Shown: positions 1-12,637, counted from the first letter of the whole stretch. The stretch is DNA of 63,486 nt, filler included, from Pelomyxa schiedti (GCA_020536535.1; 4 parts of 4 records of this genome joined end to end with filler, not necessarily neighbours in it), one strand, 5' to 3'. Translations and numbers: made by a program. The notes: generated by a model from the sequence alone, not told the origin.

Positions 1-97
1 CAAATTTGTGGATGCAGCAGCCTTAGTGATCTTCTTTATTGTACTGCGCTTCTTAACCTACCTCCTACTGAGGTTCATGGTAAAAGAGAAAAGGTAA
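1..97 (+). CDS. 3' end of ABCG transporter (second copy or haplotype of 15395-15491)
   Basis: Matches 15395-15491; reads ..AAALVIFFIVLRFLTYLLLRFMVKEKR*. Confidence 0.8.
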   Translation, partial: KFVDAAALVIFFIVLRFLTYLLLRFMVKEKR

Positions 98-215
98 ACA
101 ACTCAATGCCACCAACAACGCGCCGATAATGCATTGTACCTGTAAAACTTTAGTGGAAAAACAAACCCATCACTCATTGTTTGGTACAGAAAATTTTTAT
201 CTGTAATTTAAAAAA

Positions 216-609
216 ATGAACAGTGAAGCAGCCAACGAATTAGGGAGAGCCATAATGGCCATCCTTAACCAAGCGTCGTCGTCAGGGGGCTCACAACAAC
301 CACAAGTATCGCCACCAGTAATTTCCCCTCCTTCTACTCCCACAGTATCAACACCAACACCAACACCAACAACCTCGTCGTCGTCGTCATCTTCGTTGGC
401 ACAAGTCACTGCTCCCATAATCACCAGTGCGCCACCGCCACAGTTCGCGCCCCCCACTGCGTCCCTCGGCGCACTCTTCTCGGGGCCGCTGATGCCGGCG
501 AGCCTGAGGCTACCCGGCCAGGGACCAACCGGCACCGACGGCACGCCAACAACGCCGATGGGCCTAGGCGGGATTATGGGCGGCATCAATCTGGGGAGCC
601 CCGGAGGCA
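216..609 (+). CDS. 5' part of UBL-UBA protein (second copy or haplotype of the 15610 gene), cut by a gap
   Basis: MNSEAANELGRAIMAILNQ.. is near-identical to the 15610 ORF, with in-frame indels. Confidence 0.75.
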
Positions 610-709
610 NNNNNNNNNNNNNNNNNNNNNNNNNNNNNNNNNNNNNNNNNNNNNNNNNNNNNNNNNNNNNNNNNNNNNNNNNNNNNNNNNNNNNNNNNNN
701 NNNNNNNNN

Positions 710-1188
710 GAGATTATCTCACCTTGGCAATCCTGATTTACTCCATCGAAAACACTCCAAGATTTTCCCAAGTAAAAAAGACTTCCCTTCTTGGGTCTCG
801 CCAATGAAAGAGATCACATAAGGCTTTTTGTCCACCTAGCTTTCAGAGTTACTCCCCCTCCCACACTTATCACAGAAGAGAAATATCCATTCAACCTCAC
901 TCACACATTTCTAAACACTATCACTCCAGTAGGTACCTGTTCTCTTGTCAACATTTCGGGGTCCACCGATGTTACCATCTTACCATCATGCACTTGGAGG
1001 ATATGGCTTCTCGTTCTCCAGACTCCCTGTCTCCCAGGTATTGGAGGACACGCAGTCGGAGGGGGGGCAGGCGCAGCTGTTGCCGGCTTATTTGGTGCAT
1101 AGACACCATCCACGTCATCGTCCCGCGTTTCCACTGCGCCATTGTTCTCCGCCTTGTCGTTCTTCGGAGTCGAGTGCTCAGTGCCCAT
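710..1188 (-). CDS. 5' fragment of a GBP/atlastin-like P-loop GTPase, paralog of 4341-6575, truncated by a gap
   Basis: MGTEHS start; HILQVHDGKMVTSVDP matches HILRVDRGQMVTSVDP of the paralog; after an intron it reads YVISFIGETQEGKSFLLGKIL (Walker A). Confidence 0.7.
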
Positions 1189-1399
1189 GAAACAAGCGTG
1201 TTCTGTAAACCGGTGTGCAAATGAACGGAGAATGGAGCGGAAGAAATCACAGGTTGATGAGGCGATTTTTGGGGGTGCCGAGTTGCTTGGTTGTGAGCTT
1301 GTGGGTTTTCTTTTTGCACAGGGTGAGGGTGGCACAGCACTACTGACAGAGGTACTCTCAGATGGAGTTGGGGTTGTCTTAACAACTACCCTCGGCTAG

Positions 1400-2300
1400 C
1401 CTTCAGCTTCTCAACATTCCCAGTTGTTTCTGCCCACTTTGTGATTTTGCCTTCGTTCATGCTGCTGCTGTTGGGTTCTCATCTATGAGGAGTTTTTCAG
1501 TTGTAGATCAACCAGTGATTCAGAGCACAAATGAGAAATGCCCAACTGGTCATGGGTCCAGTGCTCTGCTTGTTTCTGAAGAGAGCTTCAACCATCAAAC
1601 AGACAGGCTTGTAGTTAGTGGAATTTTGGCTTCTTTGGTGGTTTCTTGGCTGGTTTCTGGGGAGTTCCAGAGCTGAGTTCTTCATTTGTGAGGGAGTAAG
1701 CCCACACAACTGGGCATTTATTAAATTTACTTCTTGGGAACAGAATAAAGGGGGGTTGGGTTTTGAGTGGTGTCTGTTATGGGTGGAGTCTGCTGTGATT
1801 GGCTTTTGCATACATGGGCCATGTGATTGTTAAGGGGTTTCATGTTTACAACCAAGAGGGCTTGGTTCTGGATTGAGGGGGGGATGCCTGGGGTGCAGAG
1901 GCTTAATTGGGTGCTTTTCTAGTATGCTCCTATAAATGTGGGAGATGGCATGGGAGATGAAACGGCCACTGCAATATTCCACCACTTCTTTTCTAGTAAG
2001 GGTGTTGCCAGACCTTTGTTTCTTGAGGGCTGAGGGCAGTTGGATGGAGTTATTAAGTGGAAAATGCCTGACTTGACTTGGAGAGAAAATTTCAAAACGG
2101 CATTGGATTGAGTGGATATAAATGTTGGTGGCCAAGGTACTTTGAGTAGAATGTCTTGAGCCCTTCTCTGGGCCTTGTTGATCATTGGTTCAATCCTTTC
2201 TAGAGTGGAGATGTGGCCAATAAGGATGCCAAGGATTTTAAGTTTATCCTTTCCCATCACTGCTGATTCAGGAGTTGCCTGCAGTGGGAGTCGAACCTTG
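1400..2300 (-). mobile_element. Possible degenerate non-LTR retrotransposon relic
   Basis: Broken ORFs; DKLKILGILIG..IEPMINKAQRR resembles the post-RT (K)YLG thumb region of LINEs; CpG-poor; no YADD motif seen. Confidence 0.3.
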
Positions 2301-4340
2301 GTCTATCAGATTTGCAGTTGGAACTTGGGGGAGAAAAAAGAACAACAAAAAAAAATGGATGTGGATGTTGCAAACAGAGAACAGAGCCAGCAATCAAGCA
2401 AGTTATCCATGCCCTCATCTTCTCTGTAGGCAACCTAATCCAGAGAACATGAGTGGCAGCATTGGGGCCTTTTGATTTCCAGCTGGCCTGGTATATTTCT
2501 TCTTTTTCCCAGTTACTAGGTGATGGACTTGCCCAGCTGAGGTAAATGCTCCCATCCCTTCGCCATCACACCACTGAATAGGTACCCCAGATTGGCAGAC
2601 TGGCTGTGTCACCAGAACATCACAGGGTCTCCACAGCATTGCATACACCCATCCTTTCTGCATTTACAGCACCGGTATGTTTATTTAGGTTGTGGAATTT
2701 CTGGCTGGATGCCACTAAACATACAGTCTCCTTTTTATAATCACCCCAACCCCACTCAGCAATCATAGTTACCTCACTCAGCCAGACTTCCACTGACACT
2801 CACCCCCCTGCACATCTCCCTCCATCTCCACCACTGTGATTCCAAGGAAGAAACTGACAATTTGGAGCACGAGCCAATCCCAGTGCTTTAACAATGGAAA
2901 AAAGAAAATTTTTTCCCTGAGGTTGATTTTTGACTTCAGGCCTGGGCACATTAGGGGGGAGAAGTGGACTCTGGTGTGTTGGAGCACAGATGTGAGATAG
3001 TGTGTAGTATTGGAGTGGCAAGAGAGGGGGAGGTGGAAGGTGGAAGCCCCAGGCACTCAATTCGTCAGTCCTTCTTAAATCCCTGGTACCTGTTGAGTGG
3101 GGGTATGATAAAAGGGAGAGGGGATGTACATTGGTGATAGGTCTCTGCTCCAAAACCAGTAAGTTGCCACCTAAATAATATTATCTGTGAGACTGGAGCA
3201 AATAAAAAAGAAGGAGTCACCTACCCACCGGAAATGCACCGGAAATGCATTTTCAGCACAAGTTGAGTGCGGGAACAAGAAAAAAAAAAAGCCTGGGATT
3301 GGAAGTGAGGAAATACTGGGGAGACAATGCAGGTGCAAACCTGACGAAAAGCGGAGCAGAGCAGTACATCATTCCGTCAGTCTGGGCTACTTATTCTATC
3401 ATGTTTGAGTGGGGTGAGGATGGAAAGGGAGAGGAGATGTACCATGGCAAGTCCAGCACCTACTGTACAAGGTGAAATGAGAAAAATAAGAAATAAGAAA
3501 CATACCAGTGAGCTGCTGGAAGTCAAAAGGGCCCCAATGTCAGCACTCTCACTGCATGTAGGTTGAATACAGGAAAGTACCTAGAGATTGGAGGTGAGTA
3601 TATTGGGGACTAAAAGAAGAGGAATACCGGAGGAATGGAGCCGAGCTGCATGCACATTCTTCTGGGTGTGCACCTGCTTTTGCCTCCAGGTCTCCCTATT
3701 CCTGTCTGCCTCTCAACGAATCTCTAAAATACCACCTGGTTATAAAATGTGAGAACTTGAAAAATAAAAACAGAGAAGATAAATGGAAACCTACAACTGT
3801 ACCCACGTCTCCACATCAGTATCTTCAATGACTGTATTGATGTGAGAACAAGAACAAAAACAAAACGAAATAAAACAAACTTAAACCTTAAATAATTACT
3901 TATCTGAAATATAAAAAAATATGGACTCAGGTGTCTAAATCAAAGAAAATTAATTTAAACAAGAAAGGAAGAAACCATACCGACGACAGAGCCCTCTTGG
4001 AATTGAAAGGCCGAAACTGTGAAGTATGAGATGAAGAGGAAAACTGGCAATAAGTGGAGTGCATACATCAAGCACATGAAACACCGGCATGGTGAACCCA
4101 AACCATCGATTTTTTTGTTTTTTTCCTTTTTCCTCCCCAATACCAACCGCAAACAAACAACCCCTCCCAAGAAAACACTGCCACCTCCAGTTTTTTGTCC
4201 GTGGTTTTTCCCAAATTTGGGGCTTCATGCCTGACTAAATGAAGGCCTCATTCTCATCACATTTGATGGAAAATTGAACAAACATGTGTGTTTGGACAAA
4301 TGTTGCTTAGTTTTGGTCATTGTTGGTTTTTCTCACTTGC

Positions 4341-6575
4341 TCAGTCGATCTTTGGTGGTACCAACACTTGTGGGTTTTGTACAATGGTTTCAGGGATGGG
4401 AGCAATCTCGATTTTCTGCCAATCCACTACAGCCACAACGGTGTCAATGCGTTTAGAAGCATATGCCCGCAGTGCTGCGTCCTCCATCAGTGCCAGAACT
4501 CGCTTTTGTCTGACACATGGGTCTGTACTAGGCATGAGGAAAATCCCCATTGCGCCGCCGACTGCCGCTCCAGCACCTGTGTTTGTTTGTATCGAGATTG
4601 GTTCCTGATTTAATACATACAGAGAATGAGGAGTCCCAAGGGAGCACCGACCACAGATGAAGAGACGATTATTGCCGATGGAGCAGCGAGCAGGGTACCC
4701 AGTGAGGCACCTGTGGCAATTGCAGTGCCAGAGTTCTTGCTGAGCCTGTGAATTTCGTTGATTTCAGATACAAGGTCCTGACAGTAATGCAGGCCATCTC
4801 CTTCAAAGTAGCCTGACTTCAAGTTGAAAGTGGGGGAAACCTGAGGTGTTTGTTAGATGATGATCACTCTGGGCAAGGAAAGTAACTGGATTTTTCAGAG
4901 CATCCAGCAGTCTGTTTGTTTGCTCGGTTGTTTCATGAATATAACCAAAATCGAGACAGGTTGCCACTTTGAATTCTCCAGGGACAGAGGTATGTGTATG
5001 GTCAATTCCAGAATGGCAAAAATCCTGTAATAGACATTTTGTCCCAGTTCCGACTATCACTGCAGCACATGGAGCAAACCTGGCAAGAAAGGAAAGGAGT
5101 AGGTGGACTCTGCCTGAAATGCCAATGTCCTAATGTTTAGTTACACATTGTGACAATGGAGATAGGGAATACATCTTTATCTCGGGGCTTGGTATGCCAG
5201 TATGCAGCCAAAACAAAAGGGAGGGCGTGTTTTGCCTGGTTGCAGTACTTAATGTAGACGTCTTCAGGGCACACACGATTCGGAATGTTCTCTAAGAACA
5301 GTTGTTGAAGCCTGTCCAAAGGTTCGGGAAGGTGATGAAGGAGAGCACCGTATACTTTACACAATGGGACAGGGGGACACTCGGGTACATTGAACTTTGT
5401 GGCATGGTTTCAAAATAGTAAAAATTAGGACAGATTACTCACATGGGCTACCACACAGTCAAATAGCAACATCCACTGGCTTGCTGGTAGTGGAACATAC
5501 TTCTGGGTCAAAATCCCCTTAACACAAAGGTTGGTGGTTGGATTAAATAATAGAATGGTGACCAGAAGTGCACGTATTTTTTCATGAAACCTGTCTGAAG
5601 GAAAATCTGGTACACAAAACGGAATTACTGACGAGAACATCTCGCAGAGTACGGGAACATTAACTGGGTCTTTCTCTTGTACCTGTTCGAGTGTGAAGTT
5701 TTCTCTGGTTACCTTGTTGAAGACAATGATGAGATTGGGCTTTTCATAGCTCTCCTGCGTGGTGGAAATCAAAAATTCAATCCTACCAACTGGGCGATTA
5801 CTTTTGACTCTAAGATTGCAGCATCCTTTATATCTCTAACGAGTGTTTCGTATGTTGTTACATTTGCTGGAGGATCGCGCGTAACATATATGAGAGTAGA
5901 GCTAACAGCATAAGCGATTCTGGGGAACATATTCCAAACAATCTTCCGCTTTACGAATGAGGAATCGGATTTGAGAGCAGGGGTAATACGTCTGTTTTCC
6001 GATCACCTTTTGAGCCCTCAAAATCTAGAAAGATCATGTTGTTACAGCTGAAAAAGTCCACCCCCATGGTTTTTGAAGACCCTTCGTCCCCTACAGCTGG
6101 CCTATATATTCTTAGCTTAGTAGAATAAGTGCACATCTCACTCACAGATAGCGTGAGTTTTCCCACTCCAAGGCATTCAATACTTTTCCAAGAAGAAACG
6201 ATTTCCCCACTTGTGTACTGCCGATAAAAGAGACCACACAAGGTTTTTTGTCGACCTTGTTTCAGTGTTATCCCGAGAGAACGAGAATATCACAACCTGG
6301 TCGCAGGGTAATATATCTGGGTCCACCGAAGTTACCATTTGCCCACGATCCACTCTGAGGATGTGACATTTTCGCCTTTGTGTCTCACTTACCACGCATA
6401 AACTGGAGGCCGTATCATCACGATTCTGAAGGGTAGGTGCATCAGCTTCGATACAGCCAAGACAGTGGGTTTCCACCTGCGCACTGGCCTCGCGGTGTGT
6501 GCAATCTGGGAGACTCGGGAGGGAACAGTCATGTACGACGGGACGTTTGGCCCTCGAAGATGGGTCGTTTCCCAT
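4341..6575 (-). CDS. GBP/atlastin(RHD3)-like large GTPase with C-terminal hydrophobic segments, multi-exon
   Basis: Spliced motifs: G1 CVVSFIGSTQVGKSFLL, G2 SKTMGV, G3 IFLDFEG, and LIIVFNK; hydrophobic ATGASLGTLLAAPSAIIVSSSVVGAPLGLLIL near the C-terminus. Confidence 0.75.
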
Positions 6576-7809
6576 GTGTCAAAATGACCACCAATTAAAA
6601 TTTGAAACTCAGCTACTTGGCCAATGCTTTTCCTGGGTACCAACTTGGTTTTTGGAAATCCGGAATAAGTTGGGGAGCGGCAAACTTGTTTTTTTGGCCG
6701 AATATCATCTGATTTTAATCTGAAAATTGTCAGCATTTAATTACATTTTAATGATTTACTTGGTTGTAGATTAAGTTTACACTGTTTGTATGCATCTCAT
6801 TCACTTGGATTTTATGGGGTGCTGAAGCATCAAACTATTTATTGTTAATAAAACACAATCAAACACAACACAAACTGATCCTTCTTGAAGGCAATATGGA
6901 CATATATATAGATATTTATCAAACCAAGAAAGTAAATAATGATTTGCGTGGCACTATTTATTTGTTGTCAAGTTGAAACAAAAAAAGAAGTGACATCCAC
7001 ACTTTAAAAACTGTGGGTAAGAGAAACATGGGAGGCTATCTTCATTTCCTTTACAATCTATACACCATGCTTTAAGCAGCAGCATAAGTTCCAAACTGGA
7101 GGTGCTTAGTTGTTTTCCCTAAGTAAAAAGTAAGTAAGATCAGACTGTAGAGGAAAAAAAAAAGCCTGCAGGTCTGGCACCTCCAGGGCCAGTCCGGGGC
7201 AGGGCAAGAGGTCCTTAGCTGGCTGGAGCTGGGCTGGAGCCAGGCTGGGCAGGTACATAAAAAGTCTGGAGCATGTAATGAAAAAGTCTGGAGCAGGACT
7301 GGGAGGCCCAAAAAATAAATTGAGGAAAAAAAAATTTCAATGTGAAAGGGGTGGAAACCTGATGGGGTAACACTGTGTGAGTCATTTCCTAGCCATTAAA
7401 TAGACTGTTCTGTTGTTATCTGCTCATTGCTGACACATGTTTGAGTTGTATCCACACTACACTGTGTGAGAACAGAGTACTGTTGGTAGGGGATATTAGG
7501 TCATTGTTCCACTGTCATATGCCCATCACAACATGTTTGAGTTGTGTCCATACAGTCAAATTGTAAGGGGCAGAAAAATGAAATCTGTCCAAATGATAAA
7601 GGGGTATTTACTTCATTAATTAAAGACATACATCATTCTTTGTTGGTGGCACATTTATATGGAGAGTGGGTGCCACTTTAGCACAAAGTTTTTGGTGTTT
7701 AGCTTGACGTGCTAATACCAAACTGCTTACTCTCGCGTGGTACGCAGCTGTTCGATGTTGTGCCTTCTTCATCAACCCACACCGAACGCGTCAATCCCCA
7801 CAAAACGCG

Positions 7810-9213
7810 ATGGCGTACTGTCAATTTCCCCCCGTTGTAACTAGAAAATTGAATTATTTACTCATGGGACTGTACGAATCGGTCAGCACCCCACAGGGCA
7901 CAGAAACCACAAGCCCCAGCTTGGAGGACACCACCCCGAGCGCCTCCACACGCGTCACGTCGCCCAGTAGAGAGCCCCCGGCGCAGCGGCCCCCTCCCTG
8001 CTGCGCGCTGGTGTCTTCGTGCTGGGGGCACGGGATCGCCGGGACATACTGCAACGCCGACTCCTGGGTGTGCGCCGTGTTCAACGTGGTGCCCCGCTGC
8101 CCCGAGGAGGCCTCGCCCTCGCTCCCGTCCCCGCCTCTGAGCGCGCCCAGGGTCACGGGGGTCGTGTCCCACGTGCGCGGCCCCCGCTCCCACTGCTTGT
8201 GTGCCACCTTGCTGTTTTGTGGGCTGCATCCGGCCGCAGAGGCCCCCGGTGGTCCTAAGTGCCAGCAGGGACTCTGCATTGGGGTGATTAGGACTCAGGA
8301 CGGGGGAGCGAGGGAGCTGCTGGAGGTGTGGGCATTCCGGGGCAAAGTGCCAGAGGGGCGTAAAGGGGGGGACGAAGTGGGAACAGTGGTGTTGGATTCC
8401 GAGGGGAATGGGTGGCAGTTGGAATACAGCTTGTTGCTGGGGTCGGAGGGCAGGGCGTTTGGGCTGTACTGGTTCGACAGCGGCGGCGACGGTGGAATTT
8501 TGTCGGCATTCTGGACGAGCAAGACGAGGAAAGTGGTAGCCAAAATCGAGGTGAGAACCCACCCCGGAAGTGCTCCGGAGTATTCGGGTGAAGTCAAGGA
8601 GTGCTGTGTTGAAATAGAACCTTGTGTAACTGTTGCTGTGTCAGTCACTGGGGGGAAAGACCGCAGCACTGGCAAACCCTTGGCAGTGTGTCTCTTGTTT
8701 TTCCAAGGGTACCAGAGCCCCATTTTAGCCAGATATGACCCGGTGGCACTGGAATTCCTTCCAGAACCACTTTTAAAGCTTCCAAAGTACTCACACGGCA
8801 CACTGGATGGGAGCAGCATGATTTTCTACTCACACCAGCCTCTTGGGGACCTCATGACTGTGGACTGCTGTGCACCAACGGGAGGGTTACAGCTCTCCGA
8901 TACCAAACCCAACAAGACAAACACCTGGCATTCTTCCAAAGCACGGGACTTCACCTGCCCCAAATTTTCGTGCTGGAGTGGATACTTTGCACTGGGATCC
9001 TGCCGGCAAGTTTTTGTTTGGCAGGTCACTGACTGGCGGCTGTGTGCACGATGGGAGGCTCCCAGTGATACATGGGGACTGATTACTGCAGTGCACGTAT
9101 TGCCAAATACAACAAGAATTCTGCTGTGCTTTCACCATGCCTTCACAGCCCGGGCTCACACTTTCCACCTGTTGGACTGGTCAAATTTTGGTGTTGTGCA
9201 GCTAGACCTTTGA
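7810..9213 (+). CDS. Intronless hypothetical protein (467 aa), beta-rich, possibly propeller-like
   Basis: Long uninterrupted ORF; C-terminal WD-like strands (QVFVWQVTDW, FHLLDW). Confidence 0.7.
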   Translation: MAYCQFPPVVTRKLNYLLMGLYESVSTPQGTETTSPSLEDTTPSASTRVTSPSREPPAQRPPPCCALVSSCWGHGIAGTYCNADSWVCAVFNVVPRCPEEASPSLPSPPLSAPRVTGVVSHVRGPRSHCLCATLLFCGLHPAAEAPGGPKCQQGLCIGVIRTQDGGARELLEVWAFRGKVPEGRKGGDEVGTVVLDSEGNGWQLEYSLLLGSEGRAFGLYWFDSGGDGGILSAFWTSKTRKVVAKIEVRTHPGSAPEYSGEVKECCVEIEPCVTVAVSVTGGKDRSTGKPLAVCLLFFQGYQSPILARYDPVALEFLPEPLLKLPKYSHGTLDGSSMIFYSHQPLGDLMTVDCCAPTGGLQLSDTKPNKTNTWHSSKARDFTCPKFSCWSGYFALGSCRQVFVWQVTDWRLCARWEAPSDTWGLITAVHVLPNTTRILLCFHHAFTARAHTFHLLDWSNFGVVQLDL

Positions 9214-9285
9214 GCCTTTTTATGGTTTATGGCACAAACTAAAACAGTGAAACAAAATGAAGTTATTTATTTATGTTCTTTTTTT

Positions 9286-12200
9286 TTACGGCCTCATTTT
9301 CTGTGATAACCAGTCAAGGCCCTCATACAATCCATCACCAGTAAGTGCACAACACCCCTGTATTCTCCAGTTCTTGTGTGACATTGATGGGAGAGATTCG
9401 ACCCCCATCAACTGCGCAACTTCACCAACGGCAAGGCCGCCAGGTAAATCCTGTTTGTTGGCTGTGTATTTATGTGTAGTAATAGTGGAAAAGTGTCAGA
9501 TGACTTGAAGTATACAATATTGTTGGTACCAAACACAAGAACAGGGACGCCGGTTAATGCGTCTTCAGACACTATCTGTTTTTGTTGTCATTAACCAAAT
9601 AAAGGAATGGAGGAAAACTCGCCTTCATAAATTCCTCTCTGGCATCGGGCATTCTAAGACTTACTTACAAATAGAACAGGTGGGGAAATTAAGTACCTTT
9701 CAAGGTCTGAGGAGTCGGCAACAAAAATCAGAGCATTTGTCACTTGGTAATCTATTTCGGTGTTTGGATTTAGAGCGGGCAGATAATGGGGACCGTACAA
9801 TGACGCCACAGTGGTCGAATTTTATCCTCTTATGGTAAGCAGTTAGAATGAGGATTTTAGCATTCAGTGAAATTCATACCACCACCAACATCCTATCATT
9901 GACTGAGAGAGGACTAAAAGAAAAAAGATCATACCCAAACAGTGATAGAAATGTTTTTGTAGGTGACAGTTTCGACATCTTTAATCCCAAATAAGAAGTT
10001 TACAATGACATGCGGCTACATACTGAAGCCAATAGTTGGTATGGTTGTTTCAACTTCCCCAAGTTTGAGTTTATAAAGAATCGTGGTTTTCCCTGGGAGA
10101 GAGTGAAAATGTGTGAATAGCACCAATGATTACCAACAGCATCCAGGCCAAGAATAAGAATCCGTTGTTGCGGAGACCGAAAGAAAAGTGATTTGCCGAT
10201 CCAAGAAAAGGTAGATGACACAATTGAGGAAAAGGTAGAAGTCCCATTCCCTTTAGCAGCAGACCTGACTGTGGTGAGTGTAGGAGAAGCTTGATTGTTG
10301 TAACATACTCATTACCGCTTTCAAAAAATTGCTTTGCAAAAAATTTGTTCTTACCCCAGGCAGTACCGAGTAAGGTCTTCCAATTTCCTGTATAACTGTA
10401 ATTCATACTAAGAAAAATTATGATCAACGTGAAAGGCACTTACCTGTCTGGTGAAAGTCCAGCAAGGCGCATTGATCTTTGTATTCTTGTACTCCAGTTT
10501 TGTTTTATGTACAGCTCTTTCCACAATTCATTATCTGTTGACAAAAGGTAGAGAGCACGGCAAGTCGATGATACGCGGCAAAGACTTTGTACATCCAAAT
10601 AGAGAAATATATCTCTGCATGGTTTTGTAAATCAATGAAGACTGGAGCTGGAAAAGATACTTGAACACAGCTGGGGGAAGGCCACTGAAAGTGCCTGTCA
10701 AACATTAACATGCATATGCTTTTGAATTTACAAGTACCACAGGAAAACTTTGAAGAGGAGAGTGGAGGAATGCTGTGGGTCCCTGTGGTCGAAGAAATAT
10801 GCCCAATGCAACTGCTTGATGCCCAGCCACATGCAATGAAGGTGACTACAACTCCTTCCAGACCCTGCACCCTCTCTGGGATATTTCTATCAGATGTATC
10901 ACCAAGACCTAGATGTAGCTCATCAGAAAAACCTCTTCGTGGAGCGGATATGATACCAAGCTGGCCACATCCGTTGGCCCCAAAACTGAACAAGACGTTT
11001 GCCTTGGTTAGGGCAAGTGAGTGAGCAATGCCGCCTGAGCCTCCTGCTGCCACTTTAACAACGTCCGACTTAAAGTGGGATACGAGGGTGGGTGTGGAGC
11101 GTTTAGTATTGTCACCAAGCCCAAGTTCACCATGCCTAATTCATATATAAGTGAAACTGGCAGATTTGATTTGCGGCCAATACACGTTTGCCCCAAAGGA
11201 AAATAATTGCCCTGCTTCATCAATAACAAGAGAATGTGCATCCCCGCAAGAGAGATCTTTCACTTTGGAGTCACAGAAGAAGTTCACAAATTTTGGTAAT
11301 CTTTCAGAAACCTGGAAAAATAAGTACATTTTCAGATGATGGAAGACTACTTCCTCCCTGTGACCTGAGGAGAATCAATGGAACTCATACTTCAACAACT
11401 GCACTTACCAAGTTGCCCTTGAAGGCCACATCCCCAAGAATACAGGTGTCCAAGAGAATCAATTGCAAGAGAGTGATGGCCTCCAGCACTGGCTTGAACA
11501 ATCCTGACGCCGCTTTCAAAGGTGCATCGAGTGATGTATACCGCTCTGAATGAAGAGATTATATCCCTGAGACTTCACCCCATAAGGTTGTACTTTTCGT
11601 CATAGGAACTAATTCCAAGCTGGCCATGATCATTGATCCCCCATGCATATAACTCCCCATTGGCCTGACACACCAGAACATGACTTCTTCCAGCAGATAC
11701 ACATCTCACACCTGATCCTGTTATTCAGGTCAGGACAAACCCCGTAGGCGTGCTATTTGAACCGAAATACTGGTGTTGAGGTCTACATAAGGAGAAGCTA
11801 GAACCATCAAGTGCCGCTTGTCTGAAAATCCTGTCCTCCACAAAGTTCATTGTCTGTGGCAGTAGGCCAGTTGCACACCAAGTCATATCCTCAGTGCACG
11901 CAACCCTGGCATTCCAATTGAGTTCGAAAAGCTAATACAAGTCACGTGGCACACAAGATACTTCCAGTTGCCATAACAAGTCTCGTTGGAGGAGATGACT
12001 CTGGCCCACCCCAAGTGTATAACTCTCCCTCACATACGGCAGCCATATGCCTAAGTGATGGGAACAAAACCTTGTGAGTCACTCAAAAACCTACTGACGC
12101 TTCGTACGTTGAGCCACATGCCACGGCTGTTAGGCCTCTCAGCCCTGGAACTTCAGCAGGTGTTGTTTGAATATCCTAAACCCAACAAGAAATGCCAGAG

Positions 12201-12349
12201 TCAGGAACCACTCAGCACAATAGGAGGAGGAAAAGAAAAATAAAAAAAAACAAGCAAACTGAAAAAGCAGGCCCTTTGGGAGTATGTTGGTTGTGACCCA
12301 ATTGCTTCGAGTGGGCCTCTCCCCACGTGTACAACTTGCTCTCAGTCAT
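9286..12349 (-). CDS. RCC1-repeat / F-box / Arf GTPase fusion protein, multi-exon
   Basis: RCC1 repeats ([56 protein letters not shown]); F-box [45 protein letters not shown]; Arf [71 protein letters not shown]. Start could lie upstream (~12553). Confidence 0.8.
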
Positions 12350-12637
12350 ATCTGCTATCTCCACGCACTGTTGAAATCACCTTGTTGTGCTTTTGGTTGT
12401 GCTCTTTGTTTTTCCGTTTTCGAAAATCCCGTCGTCGTTGGCAACCACGAAGGCAGTCGGCACTTTTGCTTTTTGGGGAAAAATTGCCGAATCACCCAAC
12501 TGTTTCAGCTGCTGAGACACTGCTTCACTGTTCAAGAATGGTACGCGGCTCATACAGAGTGACTTCGGCGCATTGTAGACCACCAATTTTCCCACCATGC
12601 TCCAACTTGAGACAACACAACTTTTATCGTTCAAAGA

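Larger units (their letters stand above)
1..609 (+). repeat. Direct duplicate of 15395-16008 (haplotig or segmental duplication)
   Basis: Collinear near-identity with SNPs and small indels; ends at an N gap. Confidence 0.9.

Noticed and set aside
2300-4230. Possible spliced gene or transposase remnant on the minus strand
   Set aside because: Splice-like signals are present, but all frames are interrupted and no motif is recognisable
7170-7560. Short direct repeats (GTCTGGAGCA; ACATGTTTGAGTTGT), perhaps a transposon end
   Set aside because: No terminal inverted repeat pair or target duplication found
7854-8819. Long antisense ORFs (also 15459-16211, 23030-23908, 34111-34734, 58501-59197)
   Set aside because: Shadow ORFs of GC-rich or low-complexity coding sequence on the other strand
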